A stretch of 64,000 nucleotides of DNA. Source: Candidatus Woykebacteria bacterium RBG_13_40_15 (GTDB taxonomy: Bacteria; Patescibacteriota; Microgenomatia; Woykebacterales; RBG-16-39-9b). The DNA lies in NCBI GenBank assembly GCA_001816655.1, contig MHCP01000028.1:30309-94308 (forward strand), read 5' to 3'. Positions 35,876-44,979 of this stretch are shown here, piece after piece; the stretch's first letter is position 1; each line of letters opens with the position of its first letter. The notes under the pieces were generated by a model. The model made no database searches. It saw only the letters and a list, made by a program, of their open reading frames with translations, and was not told where the DNA came from. The translations under genes were made by a program, and so were the position numbers.

Positions 35876-36340
35876 TTATTTTAATTGATCTGAGAGCGAA
35901 AAGCGAGATATTCTCTTGACCTGAATATTTTCTCCGGTTTTTGCGATTACTTCAGCGACCAAATCAGTGATCTTTTTTTCGCTATCGCGTATGTACTCTT
36001 GATCGAGAAGTTCTTCAACGCTCTGTGGATCCATTGCTGCAACTTGCATTGCGAGTTCGCGTGCTAAGGTTTTAAATTCGTCGGTTCTGGCGACAAAATC
36101 TGTCTCACAAGCCAAATGAACCATCGCCCCTACTCTTGCATCGGAATGAATGTAGGATTCGATAATACCTTGGGCTGTTTCACGCTCTGCTCGCTTTTCG
36201 ACTTTTTCGAGACCTTTTTGTTTCAAAATTTCTTTAGCTTCTTTGACGTTGCCGTCAGTTTCCATCAAAGCCCGTCTTATTTCCATTACTGGCGCTCCTG
36301 TTTCTTCCCTCAAGTTTTTTACTTCTGCTGCTGTTACCAT
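35876..36340 (-). CDS. tsf: elongation factor Ts (short form)
   Basis: N-terminal UBA-like VKNLREETGAPVMEIRRAL. Adjacent to rpsB. Confidence 0.85.
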   Translation of the reverse strand: MVTAAEVKNLREETGAPVMEIRRALMETDGNVKEAKEILKQKGLEKVEKRAERETAQGIIESYIHSDARVGAMVHLACETDFVARTDEFKTLARELAMQVAAMDPQSVEELLDQEYIRDSEKKITDLVAEVIAKTGENIQVKRISRFSLSDQLK

Positions 36341-36372
36341 AAACCTCCTATTGTTAGTAAAAATTTCCTAGC

Positions 36373-36450
36373 CCACGTTAGTGGTCGCAGCTTTCGAAAG
36401 TACCCAAATTACTTTTGCGATTAGCAAACGAATTTGGTTACGGAGAATGC
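36373..36450 (+). repeat. structured intergenic repeat element, copy B (between rpsB and tsf)
   Basis: CCACGTTAGTGGTCGCAG-CTTTC-GAAAGTACCCAAATTA-hairpin-CGAATTTGGTTACGGAGAATGC. Stems covary relative to copies A and C. Confidence 0.65.
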
Positions 36451-37202
36451 TATACTTTTGCTTCCTCGGCTACTTTCTTTACTTCTGCAACCTTTTCTTT
36501 CTTTTCGTGAAGGCTTCTGCCCTCTTTATAAAAGAGGGCGATTGTTTTAACAAGCAAAGAAACCGACTTTACAGAATCATCATTAGCGGCAACGGGATAA
36601 TTTACCTTTGTCGGATCCCCATTTGTATCGACCAAAGCAACGATTGGAATACCCATTTTATTTGCCTCACGAACCGCATTATCTTCTCTCTTGGCATCAA
36701 TAATAAAAAGGCAATCTGGAAGACGGTCCAAGCTCCTTATACCACCTAAAACTCGTATTAATTTGTCAATTTCCCGCTGCATAAGAAGCTGCTCTTTTTT
36801 TGTGTAGCGTCCCTCTGCAGTTTTTAACTCTTCCTCTAGATTTCCTAGTTTTTCGATTGTTTTTTTAACAGAATCAAAATTGGTTAAAAGCCCACCAAAC
36901 CAACGCTCCGTAAGAAACATTGCACCAGCTTCTTTTGCAGCCCCTTCTACAATCTCAGAAAGCTGCCTTTTGGTCGAAAGAAATAAAACAACGCCGCCAC
37001 GACTTGCTACTTCTTTTATAAATTCTGCCGCCCTCTCTAGTTGCTTTTCAGTTTTTTCTAAATCAATAATGTGGATACCAGATTGCTGGCCAAAAATATA
37101 TGGACTCATTTTTGGATTCCATCTTTTCGATTGATGGCCGAAATGAGCACCAGAATCAAGTAATTCTTCCATTGAAGGTAACTTTGCCATAATGACTCGC
37201 AC
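36450..37202 (-). CDS. rpsB: 30S ribosomal protein S2
   Basis: LLDSGAHFGHQSKRWNPKM... Confidence 0.9.
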   Translation of the reverse strand: MRVIMAKLPSMEELLDSGAHFGHQSKRWNPKMSPYIFGQQSGIHIIDLEKTEKQLERAAEFIKEVASRGGVVLFLSTKRQLSEIVEGAAKEAGAMFLTERWFGGLLTNFDSVKKTIEKLGNLEEELKTAEGRYTKKEQLLMQREIDKLIRVLGGIRSLDRLPDCLFIIDAKREDNAVREANKMGIPIVALVDTNGDPTKVNYPVAANDDSVKSVSLLVKTIALFYKEGRSLHEKKEKVAEVKKVAEEAKV

Positions 37203-37224
37203 AATGATAGCAAAATTGTATACA

Positions 37225-37262
37225 AAAGCGCAAGGGTCACTTCATACAAGACGAAGTGACCC
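37225..37262 (-). terminator. hairpin terminator
   Basis: gggtcacttc-atacaagac-gaagtgaccc is a 10-bp perfect stem with a T-rich run on the minus strand. Downstream of the 37267..37623 gene. Confidence 0.45.
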
Positions 37263-37266
37263 GGCC

Positions 37267-37623
37267 TTACGTTGTGTTCTCCTCCTCCTTCAGCTTATCA
37301 CACACCTCCTTCCAATCTATAACGTCCCCGAATCTGGCAACGATCTGAGCAGCAGGAACTAGTAGGGAAACTGAGTGATCGTCGTCTGAAACCCTAAACT
37401 TCCAGAAAGTGCCTTTAGGGTTTATAGTCCGCCCCACGTCTATTATGGTAAAGCCTTGGTCCTTAAACGCCAGTAGAACACTTAGCTTAATTGTTTTACG
37501 CTTATTGGGCAGCTTTATTGGTGGTGGGGCACTCTTTTGTTTCCCTCTCCGGACAGGACCTGACTTGGTAGTTTTTTTTCTTACCACTAACCTCTCCCCT
37601 TGCTCTATTGTTAACGAAAACAA
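37267..37623 (-). CDS. hypothetical protein
   Basis: 118-aa ORF of intermediate GC with a basic N-terminus. No recognisable domain. Confidence 0.4.
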   Translation of the reverse strand: MFSLTIEQGERLVVRKKTTKSGPVRRGKQKSAPPPIKLPNKRKTIKLSVLLAFKDQGFTIIDVGRTINPKGTFWKFRVSDDDHSVSLLVPAAQIVARFGDVIDWKEVCDKLKEEENTT

Positions 37624-37746
37624 GTCGTTTTATGTCTCATTTTTGATATTGACACACCGATGTTATTTTTGAGAAGTAGGTAAATTTGATTGAGGAGTAA
37701 GTAAAAACTAAAAACACTTATTATTGCGGATATAAGTTAATTAAAC

Positions 37747-39219
37747 TTATAGCTCGCGCGGGCCATCATAATACTTCCAAAGAAGTGGATGGGCTTTTTC
37801 CGCGAGTTTAAACGCTTTTAGAATTGGCCGTTGGATACGATAGTGAGCACCGGCTCGCGTCCGAAGCCTAAATAAGTGATATGCTTCACGAAGATTAAAC
37901 TCTACCAACATTGGACGTATATGAGCACGAGTTAAAAGGTAATGCGCTGAGAAAGGAAATTTTTTCTCTATTTTATGATATGCAGCATCAACTTTTTTAA
38001 TAACCTCTCTAAAACGTTCTTCCCATCCCATTTCTCCAAATAAATCAGGAATTACGTAACCATAGTCTACAGACGGTGATTTCGTTAGGTAACTTTGTAT
38101 CCTATGTCTCTTGTATTCCCGGACAGTTCCGTAGTCAAAATCAAATTCAAAAAGATAGTAGGTTGCAAATTCTAGATCGCGAATAGTGGGATCATGATAT
38201 TTTTTTCCGGAAAGCGCTTTCTTGATTATTCTTTCTTTTTGCGTCTTTGATAACCTCCTTACTTTATTCTTTATTGATTCGTAACTTGCTTTTGAGTCAG
38301 CGTAAAGAAACGCTGATACAAATCTATCTTCTGCATCTTTGTCATAAGATAATAATTTAACAGCGGTTTCACTGCCCTTGATGACTAATTTTGGAGTGCT
38401 GAAACTTTTTGCTAGTTTTTCCCGAGTTTTGTCAACCTCGGACAAATAAGGGTTGTGGTCGGCGAATCTTACCAAGGTTGGAGTAATTTGGATAGCTTGT
38501 TTTTTTAGTATTTTACCTACTTCGATTGCCTCTTCGTAAGGAGAAGAAAGCAACTTTCTAAGCATATGTTCCATCGTTCGGGCATTTGCAGTCACACCAA
38601 CATTCGATAATCTCCCTGTGGTATGTAAAAATCTTGCATTGTCAGTAACTATTTTTTTAAGTCTTGCTAAATATCCTTTGTCAGTTTCGTTAGGTTTCAT
38701 TTTGCGTTCTGGAAATTTTTTAAGCGATTCTTCGCTTTTTATATATTCGAGTCCAGCTCCGACAAATTTTTCATAAGATTCAAAAAGCATATTTTGCGTC
38801 TCGCGATACAATTTGAGTAACTTTTTGTCTTTTTTGATATCTTTAGGGGTGTAGAAGTATCCAGGAGCGATTACTTGATATCGGGCTGACTGTTCCGTAA
38901 AAGAAGCTAGGCGATTATCGGTAACTTCATCAACTACAAGTGATGAAATACCCTCGCAAGCCAGATGATGAATCGCATGTTCAGCGACTGAGGAATGTCC
39001 ATAACCTTCTACAGAGGCTACCCACCTCTCATGAAAGTTGGCCGCTCCTTCTTCAGTCACTTCTTTTGCCATTTCATCAAAAGGGTTTGGAGACCTAGAG
39101 GTTCTTGCAAAAACGACTGCAATTTCCTCTTCTGTCAGTAATTCGTTTTTTGTCAGCCCTAAATCTTTTTTAATCTGGCCTGTCACGCCCATTGGGTAAA
39201 TTCTTCTTTTGTATTTCAT
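37747..39219 (-). CDS. thyX: flavin-dependent thymidylate synthase ThyX (tandem-domain long form)
   Basis: ThyX-like serine motif region ...FTEQSARY, second RHR-containing segment (YKRHRIQS), and C-terminal ...FRLRTRAGAHYRIQ. At 490 aa it is about twice a single ThyX. Confidence 0.65.
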   Translation of the reverse strand: MKYKRRIYPMGVTGQIKKDLGLTKNELLTEEEIAVVFARTSRSPNPFDEMAKEVTEEGAANFHERWVASVEGYGHSSVAEHAIHHLACEGISSLVVDEVTDNRLASFTEQSARYQVIAPGYFYTPKDIKKDKKLLKLYRETQNMLFESYEKFVGAGLEYIKSEESLKKFPERKMKPNETDKGYLARLKKIVTDNARFLHTTGRLSNVGVTANARTMEHMLRKLLSSPYEEAIEVGKILKKQAIQITPTLVRFADHNPYLSEVDKTREKLAKSFSTPKLVIKGSETAVKLLSYDKDAEDRFVSAFLYADSKASYESIKNKVRRLSKTQKERIIKKALSGKKYHDPTIRDLEFATYYLFEFDFDYGTVREYKRHRIQSYLTKSPSVDYGYVIPDLFGEMGWEERFREVIKKVDAAYHKIEKKFPFSAHYLLTRAHIRPMLVEFNLREAYHLFRLRTRAGAHYRIQRPILKAFKLAEKAHPLLWKYYDGPREL

Positions 39220-39279
39220 ATGCCTCCATTCACATTGGGTCAGAAAATTTTTAAAAACGAGCTTGAGCAGTTAGAAGAA

Positions 39280-39822
39280 TCAGACTTGTTTTTCTTCCTT
39301 CTCCGTTGTCACCCGACCGCCTTGCCACTGACCGCGGTACATCGAACCTTTACCAGCTACTTCCCAAAATATAATGTGTAGTATTCTAGCTCCAAGTTCC
39401 ACAGTAAAATCCGCATTTCCCATATTTTTTAGGCCCACATTCAAGGGGCCTTTGTAACCTGGGGCAATTTGAGTGGTCAGAAGCCATACACCCGAACGCA
39501 GAAGTGTTGATCTTGGATGCATTGTAGCAACTAAGTAATCCGGAAGGTTAACATTTTCCACTGTCTGAACCAAATAAAATTCACCAGGTTTAACTGTAAA
39601 AGAAGTTTTCTTTTTCGGATCATATTTTGCAACGGAAGTGTGACTGACTGTTTTTCTTTTTTCTTCGCCGAGAAAAGTCTCTCCCTCTATTTTGAAAATT
39701 TCACCAAGCCGAAGATCCAAACCGGCACCCTCAGGATTTTCTAAATCCCGCTGCCCCAAATCCTCGACAAGATGGGTTTTTTTAATTAACTTTTTAATTT
39801 TGTCTACACCTAATGCTCCCAT
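39280..39822 (-). CDS. dCTP deaminase/dUTPase-superfamily protein (paralog 3)
   Basis: HPRSTLLRSGVW...APGYKGPLNVGL matches the RSxxxRxG...DPGxxG pattern of the Dcd/Dut fold. Confidence 0.6.
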   Translation of the reverse strand: MGALGVDKIKKLIKKTHLVEDLGQRDLENPEGAGLDLRLGEIFKIEGETFLGEEKRKTVSHTSVAKYDPKKKTSFTVKPGEFYLVQTVENVNLPDYLVATMHPRSTLLRSGVWLLTTQIAPGYKGPLNVGLKNMGNADFTVELGARILHIIFWEVAGKGSMYRGQWQGGRVTTEKEEKQV

Positions 39823-39838
39823 ATTTTTAATTCGTAGC

Positions 39839-39915
39839 CCACTTAAGTGGTCGCAGTATCCAAGAGTACCTAAATAATCAAGGATTATCGAAGATTATTT
39901 TGTTACGTAGGATAC
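39839..39915 (+). repeat. structured intergenic repeat element, copy C
   Basis: CCACTTAAGTGGTCGCAG-TATCC-AAGAGTACCTAAATAA-hairpin-TTTGTTACGTAGGATAC. The outer stem TATCC/GGATA covaries with AACTC/GAGTT in copy A. Confidence 0.6.
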
Positions 39916-39938
39916 TATCAACCAACACCTAAAGCCAT

Positions 39939-40424
39939 TTATGTAGATCCTTCCAGTTTACTTGGTTCTGGTTTTGTATGATCATACCTTGATCTGTAAC
40001 CTTCAACAGGACTGTCCACTTCTTCGAACAAAAGCTGGCAAATTGCCAATCCCGAACGCAAAAGAACCGGCTTTTTCGAGAGATTTTTCATAGTTAAAAT
40101 CGGCTTTCCTGAGTAGTTTGGTGGAAGCAGGTCGGCGTCAAAGGTAACTAAAATTCCAAGCCTGGCAAAACTCGAACGAGGAATAATCCTTGCCACCAAG
40201 TTGGAGGGCAGGGTGATTGTCTCGATTGGATTAGCGAGTAAAAATTCATCAAGTGAAAGGTGATAGTCTTGCAAATTTATTTCTTTTCCGCTGTCGGGAT
40301 TGAGCGCTTGGTTGCCAAGACGAAGATCCACACTGACAGCCCCAACTTGAGATTCGTCGTACGGATCGATTTTTATTTCCCCTTCCTTTACATATTTTTT
40401 AATAGTTTCTCCAGAAAGTACCAT
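39939..40424 (-). CDS. dCTP deaminase/dUTPase-superfamily protein (paralog 2)
   Basis: IIPRSSFARLGILV...NYSGKPILTM is Dcd-like. Confidence 0.6.
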   Translation of the reverse strand: MVLSGETIKKYVKEGEIKIDPYDESQVGAVSVDLRLGNQALNPDSGKEINLQDYHLSLDEFLLANPIETITLPSNLVARIIPRSSFARLGILVTFDADLLPPNYSGKPILTMKNLSKKPVLLRSGLAICQLLFEEVDSPVEGYRSRYDHTKPEPSKLEGST

Positions 40425-40429
40425 TAAAA

Positions 40430-41023
40430 TTACTCCTTTTTTCGACTTTTACTTGTAAACTCCTGAAAAAGTCTCGATGAATCTGGCGCTTTTTGTCCGG
40501 CGTACTTAGAACTTTTTCTTTGCGTATAGGAAATATCGACTGGGGAAGAAAGCGTTTCAAAAGTAAAAGAGCAAATTTTCATACCCGGATACAAAGCAAC
40601 TGGCATTACTCCAATATTTCCAAGCTCCATTACCGGTTTCCCGATCCAGCCAGGATCAAATCTAGCAGCTGTAGAATGAACTATAATTCCAAGACGGCCC
40701 AAGGAGCTTCTTCCTTCTAGGCGTGCTAGGACATCGTTTGCAAGTTCCAATTCCTCAACGGTTGTGGCCAAAACAAATTCTCCTGGCCTCATAATAAACT
40801 GTTCATTATCTGGGATTTTGATTTCTTTCATTACTTCGCTCGAAAGGTTGGGGTCTTTCGGATCAATATAGGGATATCTTGAATGGTCAAAAAGTCTAAA
40901 AGTGTTGCCTAGATAAAAATCTATTGTGCAGGGCCCAAGTTGTTTTGCTAAATCTGGTTTTGGTTTAATTTTTATTTTTCCGCTTTTTAAGTATTTGCGT
41001 ATGTCTTGGTCTGACAAAATCAT
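40430..41023 (-). CDS. dcd: dCTP deaminase
   Basis: LEGRSSLGRLGIIVHSTAARFDPGWIGKPVMELGN is the canonical Dcd core. Confidence 0.75.
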   Translation of the reverse strand: MILSDQDIRKYLKSGKIKIKPKPDLAKQLGPCTIDFYLGNTFRLFDHSRYPYIDPKDPNLSSEVMKEIKIPDNEQFIMRPGEFVLATTVEELELANDVLARLEGRSSLGRLGIIVHSTAARFDPGWIGKPVMELGNIGVMPVALYPGMKICSFTFETLSSPVDISYTQRKSSKYAGQKAPDSSRLFQEFTSKSRKKE

Positions 41024-41029
41024 AAAAGC

Positions 41030-41700
41030 CCTCTTTGTGGATTTAGAATAGCACTAGTGTGGAAACTTGACAATCCCTGAAAAAGAAGATTTTTAAGTGG
41101 CTCTTGGGGTACAAAAAACTCTCCCAAACCATCCTTCGAAAATAAGAAGGATGACTTAAGAGAGGACCCGAGACGTCGCATTGTCAACATGAACGCCTCG
41201 GGCTTGATCCCTCTCCGTTGGGTCTGCATCATTGGTCTAGGGGCCGCTATAAAAAAGCTGCGTGCCGACGTATCAACGCGCAATCGTCCTTAGAAAGGAC
41301 ATTTGCCCCCGACTCAAGTTCCCAATCAGCCACCACTACCGACTATACCTCCATGCGTCAGCAGCGGCTAAGGATATAGACTGGGAACACTAGCAGGGCG
41401 GGTCTCTTCCGATCTTCTTCTCCAAGATCGCCTCCTTCTTACGTTGCAGAAAAGGACACCCTCCGGTAAACATCAGTCGCTGTCGGTCCTACCAGGGATC
41501 TTAACTTTCCGGATTATCGTTTCTTCCCTTGACTCTCGGACGAGCCTTTCTCCAAGCGCGGGGCGCCCATTAGGAGTGGAAGTGCCCTCTCCGGACTACT
41601 TACGGACCGTTCAGCTCCCTCAAAACTATCTCATCAAACTCCGCTTTGTGACACAGTCTTGAGGGATACGAAGGGTATAAAATAATCTTAAACCATTATA
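41030..41700. other. GC-rich (~57%) non-coding block, possible structured RNA
   Basis: No convincing ORF; the 87-aa frame 41020..41283 is low-complexity. Composition contrasts sharply with the flanking AT-rich genes. The ~170-nt repeat copy 2 follows immediately. Confidence 0.25.
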
Positions 41701-41757
41701 TAACACTAATGCAAGTTTTTGGTTGTAAGGTACCCTTTTTACGGAAATTATTATACA

Positions 41758-41926
41758 CGCTATTATGTAGCTGGCGTCTTAAAACTTGCAAAAATGTGAG
41801 AGAAACGGAAACTGACCGAAGAGAATTTCCGAGGCTCCCGAAACATTTTTGTTTAGTTTTACAGCCAGCGAAGTTTAGCGGAAGTTTTGGTACCACCTTT
41901 CCAAAAAGGTGGTAATAAAGATTTTA
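41758..41926 (+). ncRNA. candidate structured sRNA / repeat, copy 2
   Basis: Paralog of 15463-15637 with compensatory changes in the long stem (aaaaatgt/acattttt vs aaaaata/tattttt). Identical 3' hairpin ggtaccacctttccaaaaaggtggtaa. Confidence 0.45.
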
Positions 41927-42052
41927 AACACTCGGCAATCTATAGATTTTCACACGCTGGATAGTCCAGGTGTATGCTTCCTCAATTTCAAAATACTTCG
42001 ATATTTATTGAATCAAAAACAACCCCTCGCTTGTTGCAAATTTTAGAAATTT

Positions 42053-42370
42053 ATGCTAAAAAAGGAGCGACTGGCCAGGGCTGAAAAGGAGGCAGCCATG
42101 GTTACTATGTGCAAGGTGCCGACTGGCACCGAAGACACACTTCTTGCGGGACTGGGAGAGCTGGGAAAGGAGGTCGAGATAGCGGTCGCTACAGGAAGGC
42201 TAAACACAGAGAAGGGTATCACTGACGCCCTACGGGATGGCACAGTGCCAATAGCCGTAAGGCACCGAGTAGACGGCGTTCTTCCTCCGGAAAAGGCAGA
42301 GGCAATCAGAGCCTGGAGGAAGGAAGTCGAAGCAAGACTTCTTGGAGGAATTGGGATTGAGCGACCATAA
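42053..42370 (+). CDS. hypothetical protein (GC-rich island 8)
   Basis: 105-aa ORF with high-GC codons. The antisense ORF 42043..42375 is an alternative. Confidence 0.35.
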   Translation: MLKKERLARAEKEAAMVTMCKVPTGTEDTLLAGLGELGKEVEIAVATGRLNTEKGITDALRDGTVPIAVRHRVDGVLPPEKAEAIRAWRKEVEARLLGGIGIERP

Positions 42371-42450
42371 CACACCTGGCCAGTTCAAGTAGCGGCCTTG
42401 CTTCGCATGGAATGCGCAAACGGAGCAGGGCCGCTCAACTATTTACAAGA

Positions 42451-44421
42451 TTAATTCGTTGTTGGAATAGTCCAACTGGCCCATTTACATTTTGGATAAC
42501 TCGAACAGCCGTAGAAAATTCTTCCTTTTCTCGTCTTTCGAACTACTATATCAGAACCGCATTTTGGACATTTCATCCCAAGTTTTTGCACCTCTTCTTC
42601 TTTTTTCTTCTGCTCCTCTGTCTCAAACGGTTCTGTGTATTTGTGTTCAGGATATTTTTCACAGGCTAAAAATTTACCAAAACGGCCGTAGCGAATAACC
42701 ATATTGTGGCCTTCCGGGCATTTTTTATCTACTCTTTCAACCGCAATCTTCACTCTTTCCGCTCCTTCCGAAACGTCATTTAAGTGCGACGCAAAGGGTT
42801 CATAAAATTCACGTATTACAGGAACCCATGGAATTTTCCCATCTGCGATTTGGTCAAGTTCATCCTCCATCTTGGCTGTAAATTCGACATTGATAATTTT
42901 TGGGAAATTTTTAACGAGAAAATCGCTCACAGCAATCCCAAGTGGAGTTGGCACAAGTTTGCGCTCTAAAAGCTCAATATAAAGTCTCTCTATAATTGTT
43001 GAAATAATCGGTGCGTAAGTACTTGGCCTCCCAATACCATCCTCTTCCAAGGCTTTTATTAAAGACGCTTCTGTGTAACGGGGCGGGGCTTCTGTAAAAT
43101 GTTGGTTTGGAGTAAGCTTCAAAAGATTTAGCTTTTCCCCTACCCCTAGAAGTGGAACCGGTACTTCTTCTTCTTTTTCGCCATAAACTTTTTGCCAGCC
43201 TGGAAATTTAACCTCTGAGCCAGAAGCTCTAAACAAATATTTTTTGGCGGAGATATCGAGTGAAACTTGATTGTAAGCGGCATCGGCCATCTGACAGGCC
43301 ACAAATCTTTTCCAAATCAAGTCATAAAGTTTTTGATGGTCCTTCCCTAAGTTCTTAATTATTGATTCTTCACTACCCATGCCAACGTTAGTCGGTCGAA
43401 CGGCCTCATGTGCTTCTTGCGCCACCTTACTTTTTGTTTTGTAGATTCTAGCTTGTGCAGGCAAAAATTTATCGCCGAAGTTTTTATTTATAAACTCCCT
43501 TGCGTTGTTAATTGCGCTAGCCGAAATATTGAAAGAATCTGTTCGGTGATATGTTATTAATCCTTCCTCGTAGAGATCTTGGGCTAGTTTCATGGTTTTC
43601 TTAGAGCTAAAGCCCAGATTATAAGAAGCACTCTGAGTCATTGTTGAGGTAGTAAAAGGCGGATAAGGACTCTTTTTAACTTCCTTTTGTTCCGCTTTTG
43701 AAACAATCCATTGGGTATCTTTGTTATCCAAATCAGAGACAATTTCATCTCCCCTCTTCCCATTTTTTATTTCCGCTTTCTCACCATCAATTTTAATTAA
43801 ACTTGCTTCAAATTCTTCTTTTTTTTGACTTCGGAGTATTGCTTCAATGCTCCAGTATTCATCAGGTTTAAATGCTTCTATTTCCCGTTCGCGCTCAACA
43901 ATCAAACGCAGTGCGATAGACTGCACTCTACCAGCGGATAGGCCTTTTTTCACTTTAAACCAAAGAAGTGGCGATAGTTTGTAGCCAACTAACCTGTCTA
44001 GAATACGGCGTGCCACTTGGGCGTCTACGAGTTTTAAATCTATGCCCCTCGGGCTCTTCAGTGCCTCGAGAATGGCCTCTTTAGTTATTTCATGGAAAAC
44101 AATACGCTTTGCTTTATTTTTCCCGTCTACTGCCATTTCATGAATGTGCCAAGCTATTGCCTCCCCTTCTCTATCTGGATCTGTTGCTAAAATAACCTCT
44201 TTTGCCTTTTTTGCCAGGTCTTTTAGGCGTTCAACTGTTTTTCTTTTGTCGCGCGGAATTACATAAGAAGGCTCAAAGTTTTTATCGATATCCACTCCAA
44301 TTTTCGACTTAGGCAAATCTCTAACATGGCCCATCGAAGCTTCAATCTTAAAGTCCTCTCCCAAAAAACGGGAGAGAGTTTTGGCTTTTGTTGGACTCTC
44401 AACAATAATTAATTTTTCCAT
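42451..44421 (-). CDS. topA: DNA topoisomerase I
   Basis: Toprim N-terminus (LIIVESPTKAKT), catalytic-Tyr region, C-terminal C4 zinc ribbons (CPKCGSD...CSSYPKC). Confidence 0.9.
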   Translation of the reverse strand: MEKLIIVESPTKAKTLSRFLGEDFKIEASMGHVRDLPKSKIGVDIDKNFEPSYVIPRDKRKTVERLKDLAKKAKEVILATDPDREGEAIAWHIHEMAVDGKNKAKRIVFHEITKEAILEALKSPRGIDLKLVDAQVARRILDRLVGYKLSPLLWFKVKKGLSAGRVQSIALRLIVEREREIEAFKPDEYWSIEAILRSQKKEEFEASLIKIDGEKAEIKNGKRGDEIVSDLDNKDTQWIVSKAEQKEVKKSPYPPFTTSTMTQSASYNLGFSSKKTMKLAQDLYEEGLITYHRTDSFNISASAINNAREFINKNFGDKFLPAQARIYKTKSKVAQEAHEAVRPTNVGMGSEESIIKNLGKDHQKLYDLIWKRFVACQMADAAYNQVSLDISAKKYLFRASGSEVKFPGWQKVYGEKEEEVPVPLLGVGEKLNLLKLTPNQHFTEAPPRYTEASLIKALEEDGIGRPSTYAPIISTIIERLYIELLERKLVPTPLGIAVSDFLVKNFPKIINVEFTAKMEDELDQIADGKIPWVPVIREFYEPFASHLNDVSEGAERVKIAVERVDKKCPEGHNMVIRYGRFGKFLACEKYPEHKYTEPFETEEQKKKEEEVQKLGMKCPKCGSDIVVRKTRKGRIFYGCSSYPKCKWASWTIPTTN

Positions 44422-44541
44422 AAAAACAGCTTATTGTAGTTAATCAGAAAACAAATGAGAAAGTCAAATGGGAAATGGCAAGGGCAGGACACCATCCAAG
44501 CTACTCCGTAGATGGTGTCCTTAAACCCTCTCCATTTGCTC

Positions 44542-44883
44542 CTACTGCTTCGAGGCCTCCTTCTCCCGGGTCACTTCCTCATCGAGGTATCGGGCAATCT
44601 CCTGAAGAGCCGCCTCTCTTTCCGTACCACGGAGACGTGCAACGGAGAATTTCAGTTGGCCACTCGAGGAAGCGAGTCGTTCGAGTTTACCCAAACAGGG
44701 TTTTAGCTGCAGAATACCCTCCGCGAGGATGCCAAGCGCTGCACCACTTCTCTTCTCGGCCGGAATAGTTCTGGGAAACTGTATCTCCAGAACCCAGGAA
44801 AGCTTCAGTACTCGAAGTACAATCCCCCGCTTACTAGTCAAGAGCTCGTGGTTGCCTATTCTCCTAATGGAATATGGCCGCAT
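44542..44883 (-). CDS. hypothetical protein (GC-rich island 9)
   Basis: Start placed at MRPYSIRRIG, preceded by a perfect SD GGAGGGAGTTCC-ATG. A GC-rich hairpin (ggacaccatc...gatggtgtcc) lies downstream. Confidence 0.45.
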   Translation of the reverse strand: MRPYSIRRIGNHELLTSKRGIVLRVLKLSWVLEIQFPRTIPAEKRSGAALGILAEGILQLKPCLGKLERLASSSGQLKFSVARLRGTEREAALQEIARYLDEEVTREKEASKQ

Positions 44884-44979
44884 GGAACTCCCTCCTATTT
44901 CTTGGGCAACTGCCGAATAGATCAATTATCTTCCTTAAAGCAGACATTATTTTAACATAGTAGAAAAAGCAAAATGTTA

